Notes: generated by a model from the letters alone, not told the origin. A stretch of DNA of 64,000 bases from an uncultured Bacteroidales bacterium (GCA_964649975.1 CAZYSM010000010.1:1964-65963); one strand, 5' to 3'; counted from the first letter of the stretch, positions 49,637 to 60,346 are shown. A program made the numbers and translations.

Positions 49637-49654
49637 ACAAGAAAGGGTTAAACT

Positions 49655-50545
49655 TCATCCAGTATTTTGTCTGGCCTTAGATGGATTATTAATCAAAAAC
49701 ACGCTACCCAATATTGCAACAATCCCAAATAAAATAAAAAAAACAGATTTTAAGGAAAAACTACGTCCAAAGACCATATAGTAAAATAAAGGCGCAATCT
49801 GAACAGGCATCTGCTGTATAGGGGCCACCAAGGAAACATCAGCAAGATCATATGCCTGCTGCAACTCTTTAATTCCTATAATATTAAACCCAATCAATAA
49901 AATACAAGATAAAACAAAAAAAAGCCAGATGATAAAGTTATTGTCACCAGCAAAAATTAAAGGAAAAGTCACATAAAGTGGAAAAATCCAGAAATTGCTC
50001 AAAACGTATGGGAAACCAGCAGATAAAGCCCTGTAAATATGCTTATTATCCGTATTTTTCACAGACAAAAAATAAAAAAACGCCCATATTACCAGAGCTA
50101 ACAGATTAAATAAAATTATCTTTTTTATGATAAAACTATTAGTAATGTCAATGTTTCTGCAATCAACAATTAACTTACTCATAGTTAATGAAATAACCCC
50201 CATTGACAGGATAAAAATTCCTAAAATTTCCCTGAAGGAAATTTTTTCGTGCAAAATAGTTACCGACCCGATAATCAAGGCAATAAAACCACTTGTCATC
50301 AGTCCAGGCACCAATACTGGGCCCAATAGAAACTCAGCATACATATAAAATACAGTTGCCAATACTAAATACAGGAATAATCCCAATATCCAGGTTTTAT
50401 TACGGAATAAAAATCCGTATTTTTTTCCTTTTAATCCGGAAGGAATATTATTTACGGCTTTTTTCTGTAATACCTGGCCCAAAAAACTACTTACCCCAGC
50501 GCCCACAGCCATCAAAATCCCAAGGAAAAAACGGATTTTCATCAT
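49655..50545 (-). CDS. Polytopic membrane protein (DMT/EamA-like fold suspected)
   Basis: 296 aa with about 9-10 hydrophobic helices. The family assignment is a guess from topology only. Confidence 0.4.
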   Translation of the reverse strand: MMKIRFFLGILMAVGAGVSSFLGQVLQKKAVNNIPSGLKGKKYGFLFRNKTWILGLFLYLVLATVFYMYAEFLLGPVLVPGLMTSGFIALIIGSVTILHEKISFREILGIFILSMGVISLTMSKLIVDCRNIDITNSFIIKKIILFNLLALVIWAFFYFLSVKNTDNKHIYRALSAGFPYVLSNFWIFPLYVTFPLIFAGDNNFIIWLFFVLSCILLIGFNIIGIKELQQAYDLADVSLVAPIQQMPVQIAPLFYYMVFGRSFSLKSVFFILFGIVAILGSVFLINNPSKARQNTG

Positions 50546-50588
50546 TAAAAAGTCTTAACTCCAAGACAAGTTATAAAAAACTATCCAT

Positions 50589-51842
50589 TTACTCAAACCT
50601 GATAGCTTTGACCGGATCCACTTTTGTAGCAATCACAGCAGGAAAGACCATAAACAAAAGAGTAATAATCACAGTAGCTATATTCAAAGCCAGCAGATAC
50701 CAGATATTCAGATAAATAGGCACATAACTAACATAATAAGTTTCTGGGTTAAGCGGAATAATATGGAAAAACTGCTGCAGCAGAGCCAGGCCCAATCCAA
50801 TGGCATTGCCCCAAATCAGGCCCTTACGTAAAATAAACCAGGCATTGTAAACAAAAATCCTGCGTATGGATTTATCCTTAGCGCCCAGAGCTTTAAGCAC
50901 TCCTATAAAAGTCGTTTTTTCCAGAATGATGATAAGCAACCCGGTGGTCATATTAATCAGAGCAATGATAATCATAATGGACAAAATCACCACCACATTC
51001 ATATCCACCAGAGTAAGCCAATCAAAGATATCTGGGTATAATTCCTTGATATTCTGAACTTTTAATTTTGGTCTATTCTCAAAAAAGCCAAAAGCAATTT
51101 TTTTCTTCAACTCCTGGGTAATATCGTCAATATCCTTGAAGTTTTTAACAAAAACCTCATAACCGGATATTAAGAACTTACCTTTATCATTCCAGCCATT
51201 AAGCTTTTGAATTTCACGAATATCAGAGAGCACATATATTTTATCAAAATCCACAAGTCCGGTATTGTAAATACCTGCAATTTTGTAACTCCGCATACGT
51301 GGCGGATTCTGTATAAAAAATGCAAAAGCGTGATCCCCCAGCTTATAATCCAGTTTATCAGCTAATTCCTGCGAAATAATTATTTGCTTAGAACTGGGCA
51401 GGGTATCCAGATTAATAATTCTACCTTTTTGAATATATTGATCAAAAAATTTCCAGTTAAAATCTTTCCACACACCTTTGAAAACCACACCCTGGATATT
51501 GTCTTTGTGCTTTATCAAGCCGGCTTTCACAGCAAACACCTGCACATAAGCCACGCCCGGTGTAGTTATAATTTTTTCAATAACATTCGAATCCAGTTCA
51601 ATGGGTTGCAACTCATAGGATTCGTTAACAGTATGTTTCGTAATAATGATATGTCCGACAAAATCAGAGAGTTTGCGTTGTATCTCCCGCCTAAAACCTG
51701 TAACAATAGCTACAGACAATATCATCGTGGCAAGGCTCAAAGCCACTGCAACAGTGGTAATTCGGATAATTAGGAAGGATAAAGACTTATGCTTTTTATC
51801 CCGCGAGTTCAATCTATGTGCAACAAAAAACTCAAAATTCAT
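50589..51842 (-). CDS. ABC transporter permease, FtsX/LolC/LolE family
   Basis: One N-terminal TM helix, a MacB-like periplasmic domain, and a C-terminal FtsX 3-TM bundle (IGVLKALGA motif; the protein ends DPVKAIRFE). Confidence 0.8.
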   Translation of the reverse strand: MNFEFFVAHRLNSRDKKHKSLSFLIIRITTVAVALSLATMILSVAIVTGFRREIQRKLSDFVGHIIITKHTVNESYELQPIELDSNVIEKIITTPGVAYVQVFAVKAGLIKHKDNIQGVVFKGVWKDFNWKFFDQYIQKGRIINLDTLPSSKQIIISQELADKLDYKLGDHAFAFFIQNPPRMRSYKIAGIYNTGLVDFDKIYVLSDIREIQKLNGWNDKGKFLISGYEVFVKNFKDIDDITQELKKKIAFGFFENRPKLKVQNIKELYPDIFDWLTLVDMNVVVILSIMIIIALINMTTGLLIIILEKTTFIGVLKALGAKDKSIRRIFVYNAWFILRKGLIWGNAIGLGLALLQQFFHIIPLNPETYYVSYVPIYLNIWYLLALNIATVIITLLFMVFPAVIATKVDPVKAIRFE

Positions 51843-51954
51843 TGCAAAAACAGGTTTGTTCTGGCAAAATTATCATTTTTTACCGAAAACAAAACTTGGC
51901 TGTTAAAGGTATTTTAATATTTTTGTTAATAGCCAAATTCAAAAATCAAAGTGT

Positions 51955-53697
51955 ATGAAAAAAGTTTTGTTAAGCATTCTGCTAATAGGAATTTTAGGTC
52001 TGGCTCAAAAAGCCGTGGCCTGCACCAACTTTTTAATCACCAAAGGTGCCACAGCTGATGGTTCTACTATTGTGACGTATAACGCAGATTCCCATCTACT
52101 TTTCGGAGAGCTATATTTTTGGCCAGCAGCTGACTGGCCAGCAGGTTCAAAAGTAGATATATACGAATGGGACACCGGAAAATACCTTGGACAAATAGAT
52201 CAGGTGCCTCATACCTATCAGGTTGTTGGCAATATGAACGAAAACCAGGTTATTATCGGCGAAACAACATACGGAGGACGCGAAGACCTGCAACACCAGC
52301 CTGGCGCGGTTATAGACTATGGTAGTTTGATTTATATAACCCTACAACGTGCACGCACTGCCCGTGATGCTATCCGCATAATGGCTGATTTGATGGACAA
52401 ATACGGATATTATAGTGAAGGAGAAAGTTTCTCCATCGCCGACCCCAACGAGGTATGGATTATGGAGGTCATAGGCAAAGGCAAATATGAAAAAGGCGCT
52501 GTATGGGTAGCAGTGCGTATTCCGGATGGCTATGTTAGTGCACACGCCAATCAGGCACGTATTACCACTTTTGAATACCAGAAGGAAAATCGCTGGGACG
52601 ACCCTAATGCCACTGTATTCAATTCTCCTGACGTTATAAGCTTTGCCCGCAAGCTTGGATATAAAGGCAGTGACGAAGATTTCAGCTTTTCAGATTTTTA
52701 TGCTCCCGTAGATTTTGGAGGAGCGCGTTTCTGCGAAATGCGTGTATGGTCATTCTTCAAATCTATTAACAAAAATTTCCGACAGAATCAGCAATATTTT
52801 GAATATGCCAAAGGCAATCTCAAACACGACAAAAAGCTGGCTAATGGCCATAAAAATGTTAATGGTTTCTGCACCAACCGTATGCCTTTGTATATCAAAC
52901 CCGACCACAAACTCACTGTTCACGAGATAATGAACCTGATGCGTGACCATCTGGAAGGCACAGAACTGGATATGGCTATGGATATAGGAGCAGGTCCGTG
53001 GCATATGCCATACCGTCCACGTCCGCTAACCTGGAAATGTTGTGGCCATACGTATTTCAACGAACGCACCACAGCTACCCAGCAAACAGGATTCACATTC
53101 GTGGCGCAAGCCCGTAGCTGGTTACCCAACGAAATAGGCGGTTTGTTCTGGTTTGGTGTTGATGATGCTGCAAGCACTGTATATGTGCCTATTTATGTAG
53201 GAATCAAACATCCACCCGAGTCTTATGCAGTGGGCAACGGATCTATGGAAAAATGGTCGGACAACGCTGCTTTCTGGGTATTTAACCAGGTGTCCAATCT
53301 GGCTTATATGAGATATGATTCGATCCATCCCTACATTGAAAAGTATCAGCAGCAACTGGAAGAGAAATATATTGCATACACACCAGCCGTAGATCTTGCA
53401 GCAAACACGCTTTATGACCAGGATCCTGATCTGGCACGTGATTTCCTTACCGACTATTCGGTTTGTACTGCCGATAAAACTGTAGAATTCTGGAAAAACC
53501 TCTACCACTTCCTGTTTATGAAATTCAAGGATTTTAATATTATGAAGTCCAAAGGAATGAAAATTATTGATAACGGCAACGGAAAAGGCATTCCACTCTT
53601 CCCCTATCAGCCGGGGTATAGCAAAGAATATTACAAAGTTATTGTGGAAAAAACAGGAAAAAAATTCCTCTATCCTGAGGAAAAGAAAAAACATTAA
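51955..53697 (+). CDS. C69-family dipeptidase
   Basis: The signal peptide is followed directly by the Ntn nucleophile context VACTNFLITKGATADGS. The 580-aa length is typical of the family. Confidence 0.82.
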   Translation: MKKVLLSILLIGILGLAQKAVACTNFLITKGATADGSTIVTYNADSHLLFGELYFWPAADWPAGSKVDIYEWDTGKYLGQIDQVPHTYQVVGNMNENQVIIGETTYGGREDLQHQPGAVIDYGSLIYITLQRARTARDAIRIMADLMDKYGYYSEGESFSIADPNEVWIMEVIGKGKYEKGAVWVAVRIPDGYVSAHANQARITTFEYQKENRWDDPNATVFNSPDVISFARKLGYKGSDEDFSFSDFYAPVDFGGARFCEMRVWSFFKSINKNFRQNQQYFEYAKGNLKHDKKLANGHKNVNGFCTNRMPLYIKPDHKLTVHEIMNLMRDHLEGTELDMAMDIGAGPWHMPYRPRPLTWKCCGHTYFNERTTATQQTGFTFVAQARSWLPNEIGGLFWFGVDDAASTVYVPIYVGIKHPPESYAVGNGSMEKWSDNAAFWVFNQVSNLAYMRYDSIHPYIEKYQQQLEEKYIAYTPAVDLAANTLYDQDPDLARDFLTDYSVCTADKTVEFWKNLYHFLFMKFKDFNIMKSKGMKIIDNGNGKGIPLFPYQPGYSKEYYKVIVEKTGKKFLYPEEKKKH

Positions 53698-53705
53698 TAT
53701 CCAGA

Positions 53706-53741
53706 CAAAAAAAGCCGCCTTTACTCAGGCGGCTTTTTTGT
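53706..53741. terminator. Bidirectional rho-independent terminator (C69 dipeptidase / GH13)
   Basis: A-run, then AGCCGCCT-TTACTC-AGGCGGCT, then T6. The 8-bp stem is perfect (53713..53720 with 53727..53734). Confidence 0.85.
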
Positions 53742-53761
53742 TATAAAGTAGAGATTTTCAA

Positions 53762-56566
53762 TTAGTTAACTATCACCTTACCCACTTTCACATTCTGACC
53801 ATCACGCAGGCGTACAATATAAACGCCGCTACTCCAGCCCACTGTATTAATCGTCATCAAATCTCCATCTGCAACAGCTATATAAACAGGTTTTCCTGCA
53901 GGTGAATACACTTCCACAACAGCAGAGGGGGCAGTTTTTACAGCAAAATATCCCCGTGACGGATTGGGGTAAACCTTGAGCATACCCTGACGTGGCGCTG
54001 GCATTGTATCTTGCTGCAATTGAATATATTTATCAGTGAAAAAATGGAATTCACCTGGCTGATAAGTCTTCATCATCTCCGGATCATCCAGCACAAACGA
54101 GGAATCGCCAAACAAATCAATCCACAATCCGGCGTGAGGAAAGTCAATTTTATAATCCATAGGTTTAACGCCAAAATTACCTACCAGCACAATATTTTCC
54201 TCAGGGGAAATAACTTTGATATATTTTACAGTACCAAAAAGATTGTACTTATACTGGGCATTGTCAAAAACATCATCATTCTTTTTCCAGTAAATCATCT
54301 GTGAATACCTGTTATAAAGGGAACGCCTCAAGGAATCGTCATAATAATCCCAATGAATAGGTTTAGGGCAGGTATGACAATCATAATCAATGGAATAGTC
54401 ATATCCTAATTCGCCGAACTCCCATATCATTTTCGGCCCCGGAGCAGAGAAAAAGAAAGGCACCAGGGCTTTTTCGCGGTTTATAGCGGTTTCCAGATCT
54501 TTTACATTATAATCACCGTAAGCATTACCCCATTTAAGGGCTTTGTACATAATGCGCTCCTCATCATGGCTTTCCATAAAGGCCACAGCAGCAGGTTTAT
54601 CAAATCCGTGTGCCTGATAAAATATCCTGGAAAAATCTGACTGGTCCATCCATCCCATAAGGCTCTGCGCAAAAGCATTATTGCTATTAGACCAGAGCAT
54701 CATTCCGTTATGAGCCAGGGCCTGTTCCTCTCTATCTTCAGCAAAATGTTCCAGAATCATGTAAGCCTGAGGCTTGACAGACTTAATATAATGATAATAA
54801 TCTGTGAGGATGTCAATACGGGACTGGTCGTAAGCCGACCAGGCGCCTACATCCGTAGTATAATGCTGTGTAAAGCCTTTTGACAGGTCAAAACGGAAAC
54901 CGTCAATATGGAACTCTGTAAGCCAGTATCTTAGCACTTCTTTGACAAATTCCCTGGTAGCAGGGCTTTCGTGATTAAAGTCATAGCCAACGTTAAAAGG
55001 ATGGCGTGGAGTGGGATTATACCATGGATTATCCGGCGAGGGACGATTATTTGCAGCATCCCAGTACATACGCACCAGAGGGCTCTGTCCATAGGAATGA
55101 TTAAGGACGATATCCATAATTACAGCAATACCCCTGTTATGACATTCATTAATAAAATGTTTGAAATCCCAGGCTGTACCATAATACTTATCCACGGCAA
55201 AATAGAAATCCGGATTATACCCCCAACTGATATTACCTTCAAACTCATTGAAAGGCATTAGTTCTATGGCATTAACACCCAGCTGCTGCAAATAATCCAG
55301 CTTTTCCTCTACTCCGGTAATAGAATGTGATTTAACAAAGTCGCCAATCCACAGCTCATAAATAACCATTCTGGAAGAGTCGGGCCTAACAAAAGACGAA
55401 TCTGTCCAATGAAATTGTGGCGAATTAATCTGGAACACGCTTACAATTCCGTTTGCCTTATCCGGATAAGGTTTCAGGTCAGGGAAAACCGAGGAAGGAA
55501 TATAAGAATCGTTCCACGGGTCAAGGATAAGATGCGTATAAGGGTCAGCAATGTAAATCTGTCCATCAATAAAATATTGATAAGCATATTGATCGTTGGG
55601 GTTCAGTCCGCTGACAGTTAGCCAGTAAAATTTTCCATCCGGAGTGCGGTTCATCATATAATTTTCGTTGACCTGCCAGTTATTAAAATCGCCTATTAGA
55701 AAAACAAAATTCTTTTTAGCGGCAGGGTCCCACAGAACAAAAGTCACAGTAGTGTCGTTAATAATATTCACACCTTTGTGTAATCCCTGGGGTAGGTCTG
55801 CCACTGGAACCTGTGGCAATATCAAAAAACTGGCAGTATCATAAACCACCGAATTTCCATCAGTAGCAGAAGCCACAATAGTATGTGTTCCGCGCGAAAG
55901 AGTATCAGTAAGTATGTTAAAATGCAAGCTGGTAGTGGTGTTCGTAGTAACTATATGTCCATCAAGGGATAATGACATATTCGCAGCATTAACCGAATAA
56001 GCACAAACTTTCACAGTATCTCCGGACGGATTATAAAGGTATTTTGAAGAATTAGGGCTCAATATCTTAACATTTAACTCATTATTATACAACGGAATAA
56101 AAAAATCACTTCCGTCAGCATTACGTGCCACATAATAATCCGAAGATCCCGGAATGGTAGATCCGCTGCGGATGACCATAGCTATTTTCAAGACGTGTTC
56201 ATCAGGGTCGGTAATACCGTAATAAGAACGAATATCCGGAATATCAAGCTTATAGAGATTATCGGCAATCTTAGTAAACTTTGTCTTGGGCAAATTTACA
56301 CCCCAATCCGAAACCACATGCAGCCAATAAGTAGATGTAGGACTTTTGGTTGTTACCACGCCAGTATGAGCGTAAATATCCCCGGAATAATCTTTCAGGG
56401 CTTTATTACCCTTTGTTGCATCAAAATAAATAGTCACTCCCCCGTTTTCGGTGGGGAAAACCGGATAAGTGGCAATAACATCAGTAACTATATTGCAAGT
56501 ATCCTGCGCTTTGAGTAATAACCCGCTAAATATCAGCAGGAAAACAAATAAAATGTGTTTTTTCAT
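53762..56566 (-). CDS. GH13 alpha-amylase-family enzyme (pullulanase/amylase-like, with an E-set/CBM48-like module) carrying a T9SS C-terminal sorting domain
   Basis: GH13 regions are present: DIVLNHS, DGFRFDLSKGF, ILEHF, FMESHDEER. An E-set module is visible (TFVLWDPAAKKNFVFLIGDFNNWQ). The C-terminus reads LKVYPNPSRGYFAV...GVYIVRLRDGQNVKVGKVIVN. Confidence 0.85.
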   Translation of the reverse strand: MKKHILFVFLLIFSGLLLKAQDTCNIVTDVIATYPVFPTENGGVTIYFDATKGNKALKDYSGDIYAHTGVVTTKSPTSTYWLHVVSDWGVNLPKTKFTKIADNLYKLDIPDIRSYYGITDPDEHVLKIAMVIRSGSTIPGSSDYYVARNADGSDFFIPLYNNELNVKILSPNSSKYLYNPSGDTVKVCAYSVNAANMSLSLDGHIVTTNTTTSLHFNILTDTLSRGTHTIVASATDGNSVVYDTASFLILPQVPVADLPQGLHKGVNIINDTTVTFVLWDPAAKKNFVFLIGDFNNWQVNENYMMNRTPDGKFYWLTVSGLNPNDQYAYQYFIDGQIYIADPYTHLILDPWNDSYIPSSVFPDLKPYPDKANGIVSVFQINSPQFHWTDSSFVRPDSSRMVIYELWIGDFVKSHSITGVEEKLDYLQQLGVNAIELMPFNEFEGNISWGYNPDFYFAVDKYYGTAWDFKHFINECHNRGIAVIMDIVLNHSYGQSPLVRMYWDAANNRPSPDNPWYNPTPRHPFNVGYDFNHESPATREFVKEVLRYWLTEFHIDGFRFDLSKGFTQHYTTDVGAWSAYDQSRIDILTDYYHYIKSVKPQAYMILEHFAEDREEQALAHNGMMLWSNSNNAFAQSLMGWMDQSDFSRIFYQAHGFDKPAAVAFMESHDEERIMYKALKWGNAYGDYNVKDLETAINREKALVPFFFSAPGPKMIWEFGELGYDYSIDYDCHTCPKPIHWDYYDDSLRRSLYNRYSQMIYWKKNDDVFDNAQYKYNLFGTVKYIKVISPEENIVLVGNFGVKPMDYKIDFPHAGLWIDLFGDSSFVLDDPEMMKTYQPGEFHFFTDKYIQLQQDTMPAPRQGMLKVYPNPSRGYFAVKTAPSAVVEVYSPAGKPVYIAVADGDLMTINTVGWSSGVYIVRLRDGQNVKVGKVIVN

Positions 56567-56579
56567 AATTTATAAGGTT

Positions 56580-57956
56580 TTATTTTTTTATAAATACTTT
56601 ATAATCCCAGGGTTTAAGAGAGACCATGGATCCTCTTTTTAACTCTGCCTCGGTATCAGAAAAATATTCTTTGAACTGACCAGCAGGACGGGCAAAACGC
56701 AATTTCACATTAACCGTATCCCCGGATAAGTTAAACAAAGCCACAATTGTATCATTGTCCTTATAGCGGGCCAGAGCAAACACATGGACAGAATCGGAAG
56801 TGCGTAAAATTTTCATTTTTCCACGATCAGGGCCTCCAGCCAATGCCGGATGAGTATGTCGGAGGCTGTTAAGTTTTTGGTACAGTCCAAACATATCGCA
56901 ATCTTTCCATTCAATAGTATCTTTATCAAAGAAACGCAGGCGTTTATTGAGGCAAGCTTCCTGTCCGCTGTAAATCAACGGAATATCTGGCACAATATAA
57001 GTAAAGACAGCAAAAGTCTTATAACTATGAGGCATACGTTCAAACACAGTACCATTCCAGGAATTTTCATCATGGTTTGAAGTAAAATTCATACGCATAG
57101 CCCTTGCAGGAAATTCCTTAGCATGGCCATTGAAATATTTTTTCAGTTCGCGGGCATCCATCTTTCCCTGGGAAATCTGATTCATAATGTACAAAAGATG
57201 CCATCCGTAATAAGCATCAAAAGCCGAATACATAAGGTCAGGTTTTTCGGCCTCAGCCAGCATAAACAGAGGTTTAACTTTTTCCAGTTCCACACGTGCC
57301 GAATCCCAGAAATCCGTAGGCACCTCGCCTGCCACATCACAACGGAAACCATCAATATCAAAATTCTCCACCCAGTATTTCATAGCATTGATCATTGCCT
57401 TGCGCATCTGCATATTATTGTAGTCCAGCTTCACAACATCAGTCCAGTCAAAAGGCGAGTGCAGAGTACCGTCCGGATTATGCACGTACCAATCAGGATG
57501 CTTTTTAACCCATGGATTATCCCATGCAGTATGATTAGCCACCCAGTCCAGGATAACGAGCATACCATTCTCATGTGCTTGGTCTATCAAATGTTTCAAA
57601 TCCTGTTTTGTTCCATACTCAGGATTAACGCCGTAATAATCTTTCACTGAATAGTAACTACCCAGGGTACCTTTACGGTTTTTCTCCCCAATGGGATAAA
57701 TTGGCATAAGCCAGATCACATCCACGCCTAATTGTTTGAGGCGCGGCAGATGTTTCTCAAAAGCACGGAAAGTGCCTTCGGGCGTATATTGACGGATATT
57801 AACCTCATATATTACTGCCTGGCTTATACGCTTGTCCAATTGTTTTTTCTCTGCAGAATAAGTCTGCACTTCATTTTCGGACTTTTTACATCCAGAAATA
57901 AAAGGCAAACCCAGCATAAGCACAAAGATTAAAACATATATTCCTTTGATTTTCAT
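56580..57956 (-). CDS. GH13 alpha-amylase lipoprotein
   Basis: Lipobox FISGC. GH13 regions are DWVANHT, DGFRCDVAGEVP, MLAEAE and FTSNHDEN. Confidence 0.85.
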   Translation of the reverse strand: MKIKGIYVLIFVLMLGLPFISGCKKSENEVQTYSAEKKQLDKRISQAVIYEVNIRQYTPEGTFRAFEKHLPRLKQLGVDVIWLMPIYPIGEKNRKGTLGSYYSVKDYYGVNPEYGTKQDLKHLIDQAHENGMLVILDWVANHTAWDNPWVKKHPDWYVHNPDGTLHSPFDWTDVVKLDYNNMQMRKAMINAMKYWVENFDIDGFRCDVAGEVPTDFWDSARVELEKVKPLFMLAEAEKPDLMYSAFDAYYGWHLLYIMNQISQGKMDARELKKYFNGHAKEFPARAMRMNFTSNHDENSWNGTVFERMPHSYKTFAVFTYIVPDIPLIYSGQEACLNKRLRFFDKDTIEWKDCDMFGLYQKLNSLRHTHPALAGGPDRGKMKILRTSDSVHVFALARYKDNDTIVALFNLSGDTVNVKLRFARPAGQFKEYFSDTEAELKRGSMVSLKPWDYKVFIKK

Positions 57957-57967
57957 AGCAATACTTT

Positions 57968-60346
57968 TTAGTTTTTGATTATAATGTAGCTAATAGGTTT
58001 AAGATTAACAGTTATTTCGGAACCGGAATGAGTAAAATCGCCACCCATAGGCGCTTGTAAACGCTTACCCAGGAAACGGGCAGGCAAATTGAATTTGACG
58101 GTATGAGGCTTACTATCCTTATTAATAGCGACTATGACGATTTTATCAAAATAAGTTCGTTGATATACCATAACATTATCATCAGTATAAATCCACTTAA
58201 AATCACCATAAATAAGTGCGAGAGAAGAACGTCTCAGGTGTATCAGCTTAGCAGCTTGATTTTTCAGCCATTTCTGATGTTTATTTAATCCGTCAAATAT
58301 CATCATTCTACGGTTATCAGGGTCATTACCGCCAGGCATACCAATCTCGTCTCCGTAATAAACGACCGGCACACCCGGGATAGTAGTAATAAAACTGAAA
58401 AGCAAGGCACTACGATTATATCCAATTGTATCGCCCACCTCAATATCCCGTGTCCAACCAGCAACTTTAGGATTTTCCGAAAAACTCAAAGTACCAGAAG
58501 CATAAGATATAAAACGTCCTCTATCCTGATTACCAGTAATATATCCCATAAGGTTATGCCATCCGTAATACTTGAAGCTGGTATTAAGGACATTACGCAG
58601 ATTAGTAAAGGAATTTCCATCGGCCAGAGCAGTGATTAGAGCATCGTAAACATTGAAATCAAACTGTGCATCCAGCAGGCCTGTGCCCAGATAGCTGGCT
58701 ATGAGTTCGGGACTACCATAAGTTTCACCAATTTGGTAAAGTTTTCTATGTTCCGGAATTTCCACCTGCAATTTTAGTTTACGCGTGAGGGTCCGCCAGA
58801 AAACAAGCGGAACATGCTTGGCCGCATCATGACGGAAGCCATCCAGGTTATAATGCTTAATCCACCATACCGCCGAATCGGTCACCATCTGGTAAACCTC
58901 CGGACGTGTATTATCCAGCGTAGGTAAAAAAGTATCAAACCAGGTGGTAAGGCGGTGAGTATCCCATTTTTCCGTATTAAGTGTTCCGTCAGGCAGATAA
59001 AGACTGGTTGTCCAGTCAGGATGTTCCTTGTAAAACCACGATTCCTTATGAACGTGATGAGCCACGTAATCAATAATTAAGTTTTTATCATTTTTATGTA
59101 AAAGGCTAACAAGGTGTTTTAGCTGATCTGGTGTACCAAAACGTGGGTCAATACGGGTGAAGGAAATAGGCCAATATCCGTGATAGGCAGAAAATTTCGT
59201 GCGAGGATTAGGCCACAATCCATAAGCGCCTTTCACGTTTAGCATAATTGGCGAAATCCACAGGGTATTGACACCTAAGGAATCAAAATAACCCTGACGC
59301 ACTTTTTCAATAATCCCCAACAAATCACCGCCCATAAAATTAGCCTTAGGCAAAACAGAACCATCGGTAATAGGCTGGTCATTAGTAGAATCGCCATCAC
59401 AGAACCTGTCCACAAACACATTGTAAATCACAGCAGCGCGGTAGTCAGTCCTGGTGATCTGGCTTACGGATGAAATGGGTTGTCCGTGGTCAAGCGGAAT
59501 GAAAATATCGTTTGCCAGTCCATAACGGTTAGCAGCAAAAACACGGATATAAGAACGTTTTTTCTGGGCAGCCTGTCGCGGAATGCGTATCTTTATTTTA
59601 TTGTCCGAGAGGCTAACAAAAGAGGAAGGCAATAGGAAATTATCATAAAATACCTGAAACTCGGAAATATTATTTTCAAAACCCAGCAAAATATATTTTT
59701 TATTGTAGGAAAGCGTATAAAGATAAGGCAGGCTATCATCTGCCATATGTCCTACTTTGAGTATAGAATTAAATCCGCCCATACCATTGCTCACCGAGTC
59801 CGGATTATTTGGGTCAAGGTGGTCTTTTCCGTCAAGCACCAGCAAGTATTGATAAATACCTGGTTCCAGCAATAGACCAACTTTCCATGTGCTATCGGAC
59901 GGGTCAAAGGTCAGTGGTGTAGCTGTGGAATTCCACGAGTTCATCTCGCCCCGGATATATACTGATTTATAATGCTTTCCGTGAGGATTAAAAATGAATA
60001 GATATTTGATTTTCCGTGGTTTACGTACAGGGATGGAATATTTATATCCGTGGGCATACACGTCCAGGGTCATCAGCCACGGCAAGGAATCAGAAACAAT
60101 TTTTAGAGCAATTTTTCCATTTTTGCCAAACATTGTCATATCCAGGCCAGCAGGCGGTTTAACACTGTCAATTACTTTTGGTTCCGGGAAATAATCCGTA
60201 AGCCATACTGGTGTAATGTCATTATTCAACTGAATTGGAGACGCCAGACCAAAAAGGTCGGAATGTTCCGGGATTGATAATTTTGTTTCTCTGGCACAAC
60301 TAATGGCCAAAAGACTAATTAACAGAAAAAAAAGTATTTTTTTCAT
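57968..60346 (-). CDS. GH13-family enzyme (neopullulanase/cyclomaltodextrinase-like) lipoprotein with an N-terminal beta-domain
   Basis: Lipobox LAISC. GH13 regions are DYVAHHV, DGFRHDAAKHVP and IGETYG. Region IV reads ITGNQDRGR, that is NQD where NHD is usual. Confidence 0.8.
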   Translation of the reverse strand: MKKILFFLLISLLAISCARETKLSIPEHSDLFGLASPIQLNNDITPVWLTDYFPEPKVIDSVKPPAGLDMTMFGKNGKIALKIVSDSLPWLMTLDVYAHGYKYSIPVRKPRKIKYLFIFNPHGKHYKSVYIRGEMNSWNSTATPLTFDPSDSTWKVGLLLEPGIYQYLLVLDGKDHLDPNNPDSVSNGMGGFNSILKVGHMADDSLPYLYTLSYNKKYILLGFENNISEFQVFYDNFLLPSSFVSLSDNKIKIRIPRQAAQKKRSYIRVFAANRYGLANDIFIPLDHGQPISSVSQITRTDYRAAVIYNVFVDRFCDGDSTNDQPITDGSVLPKANFMGGDLLGIIEKVRQGYFDSLGVNTLWISPIMLNVKGAYGLWPNPRTKFSAYHGYWPISFTRIDPRFGTPDQLKHLVSLLHKNDKNLIIDYVAHHVHKESWFYKEHPDWTTSLYLPDGTLNTEKWDTHRLTTWFDTFLPTLDNTRPEVYQMVTDSAVWWIKHYNLDGFRHDAAKHVPLVFWRTLTRKLKLQVEIPEHRKLYQIGETYGSPELIASYLGTGLLDAQFDFNVYDALITALADGNSFTNLRNVLNTSFKYYGWHNLMGYITGNQDRGRFISYASGTLSFSENPKVAGWTRDIEVGDTIGYNRSALLFSFITTIPGVPVVYYGDEIGMPGGNDPDNRRMMIFDGLNKHQKWLKNQAAKLIHLRRSSLALIYGDFKWIYTDDNVMVYQRTYFDKIVIVAINKDSKPHTVKFNLPARFLGKRLQAPMGGDFTHSGSEITVNLKPISYIIIKN

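Noticed and set aside
53122-53694. 190-aa minus-strand ORF
   Set aside because: It is antisense to the C69 dipeptidase gene and has no motifs.
57123-57650. 175-aa plus-strand ORF
   Set aside because: It is antisense to the GH13 lipoprotein gene. Its His/Ile-rich composition marks it as an off-strand artefact.
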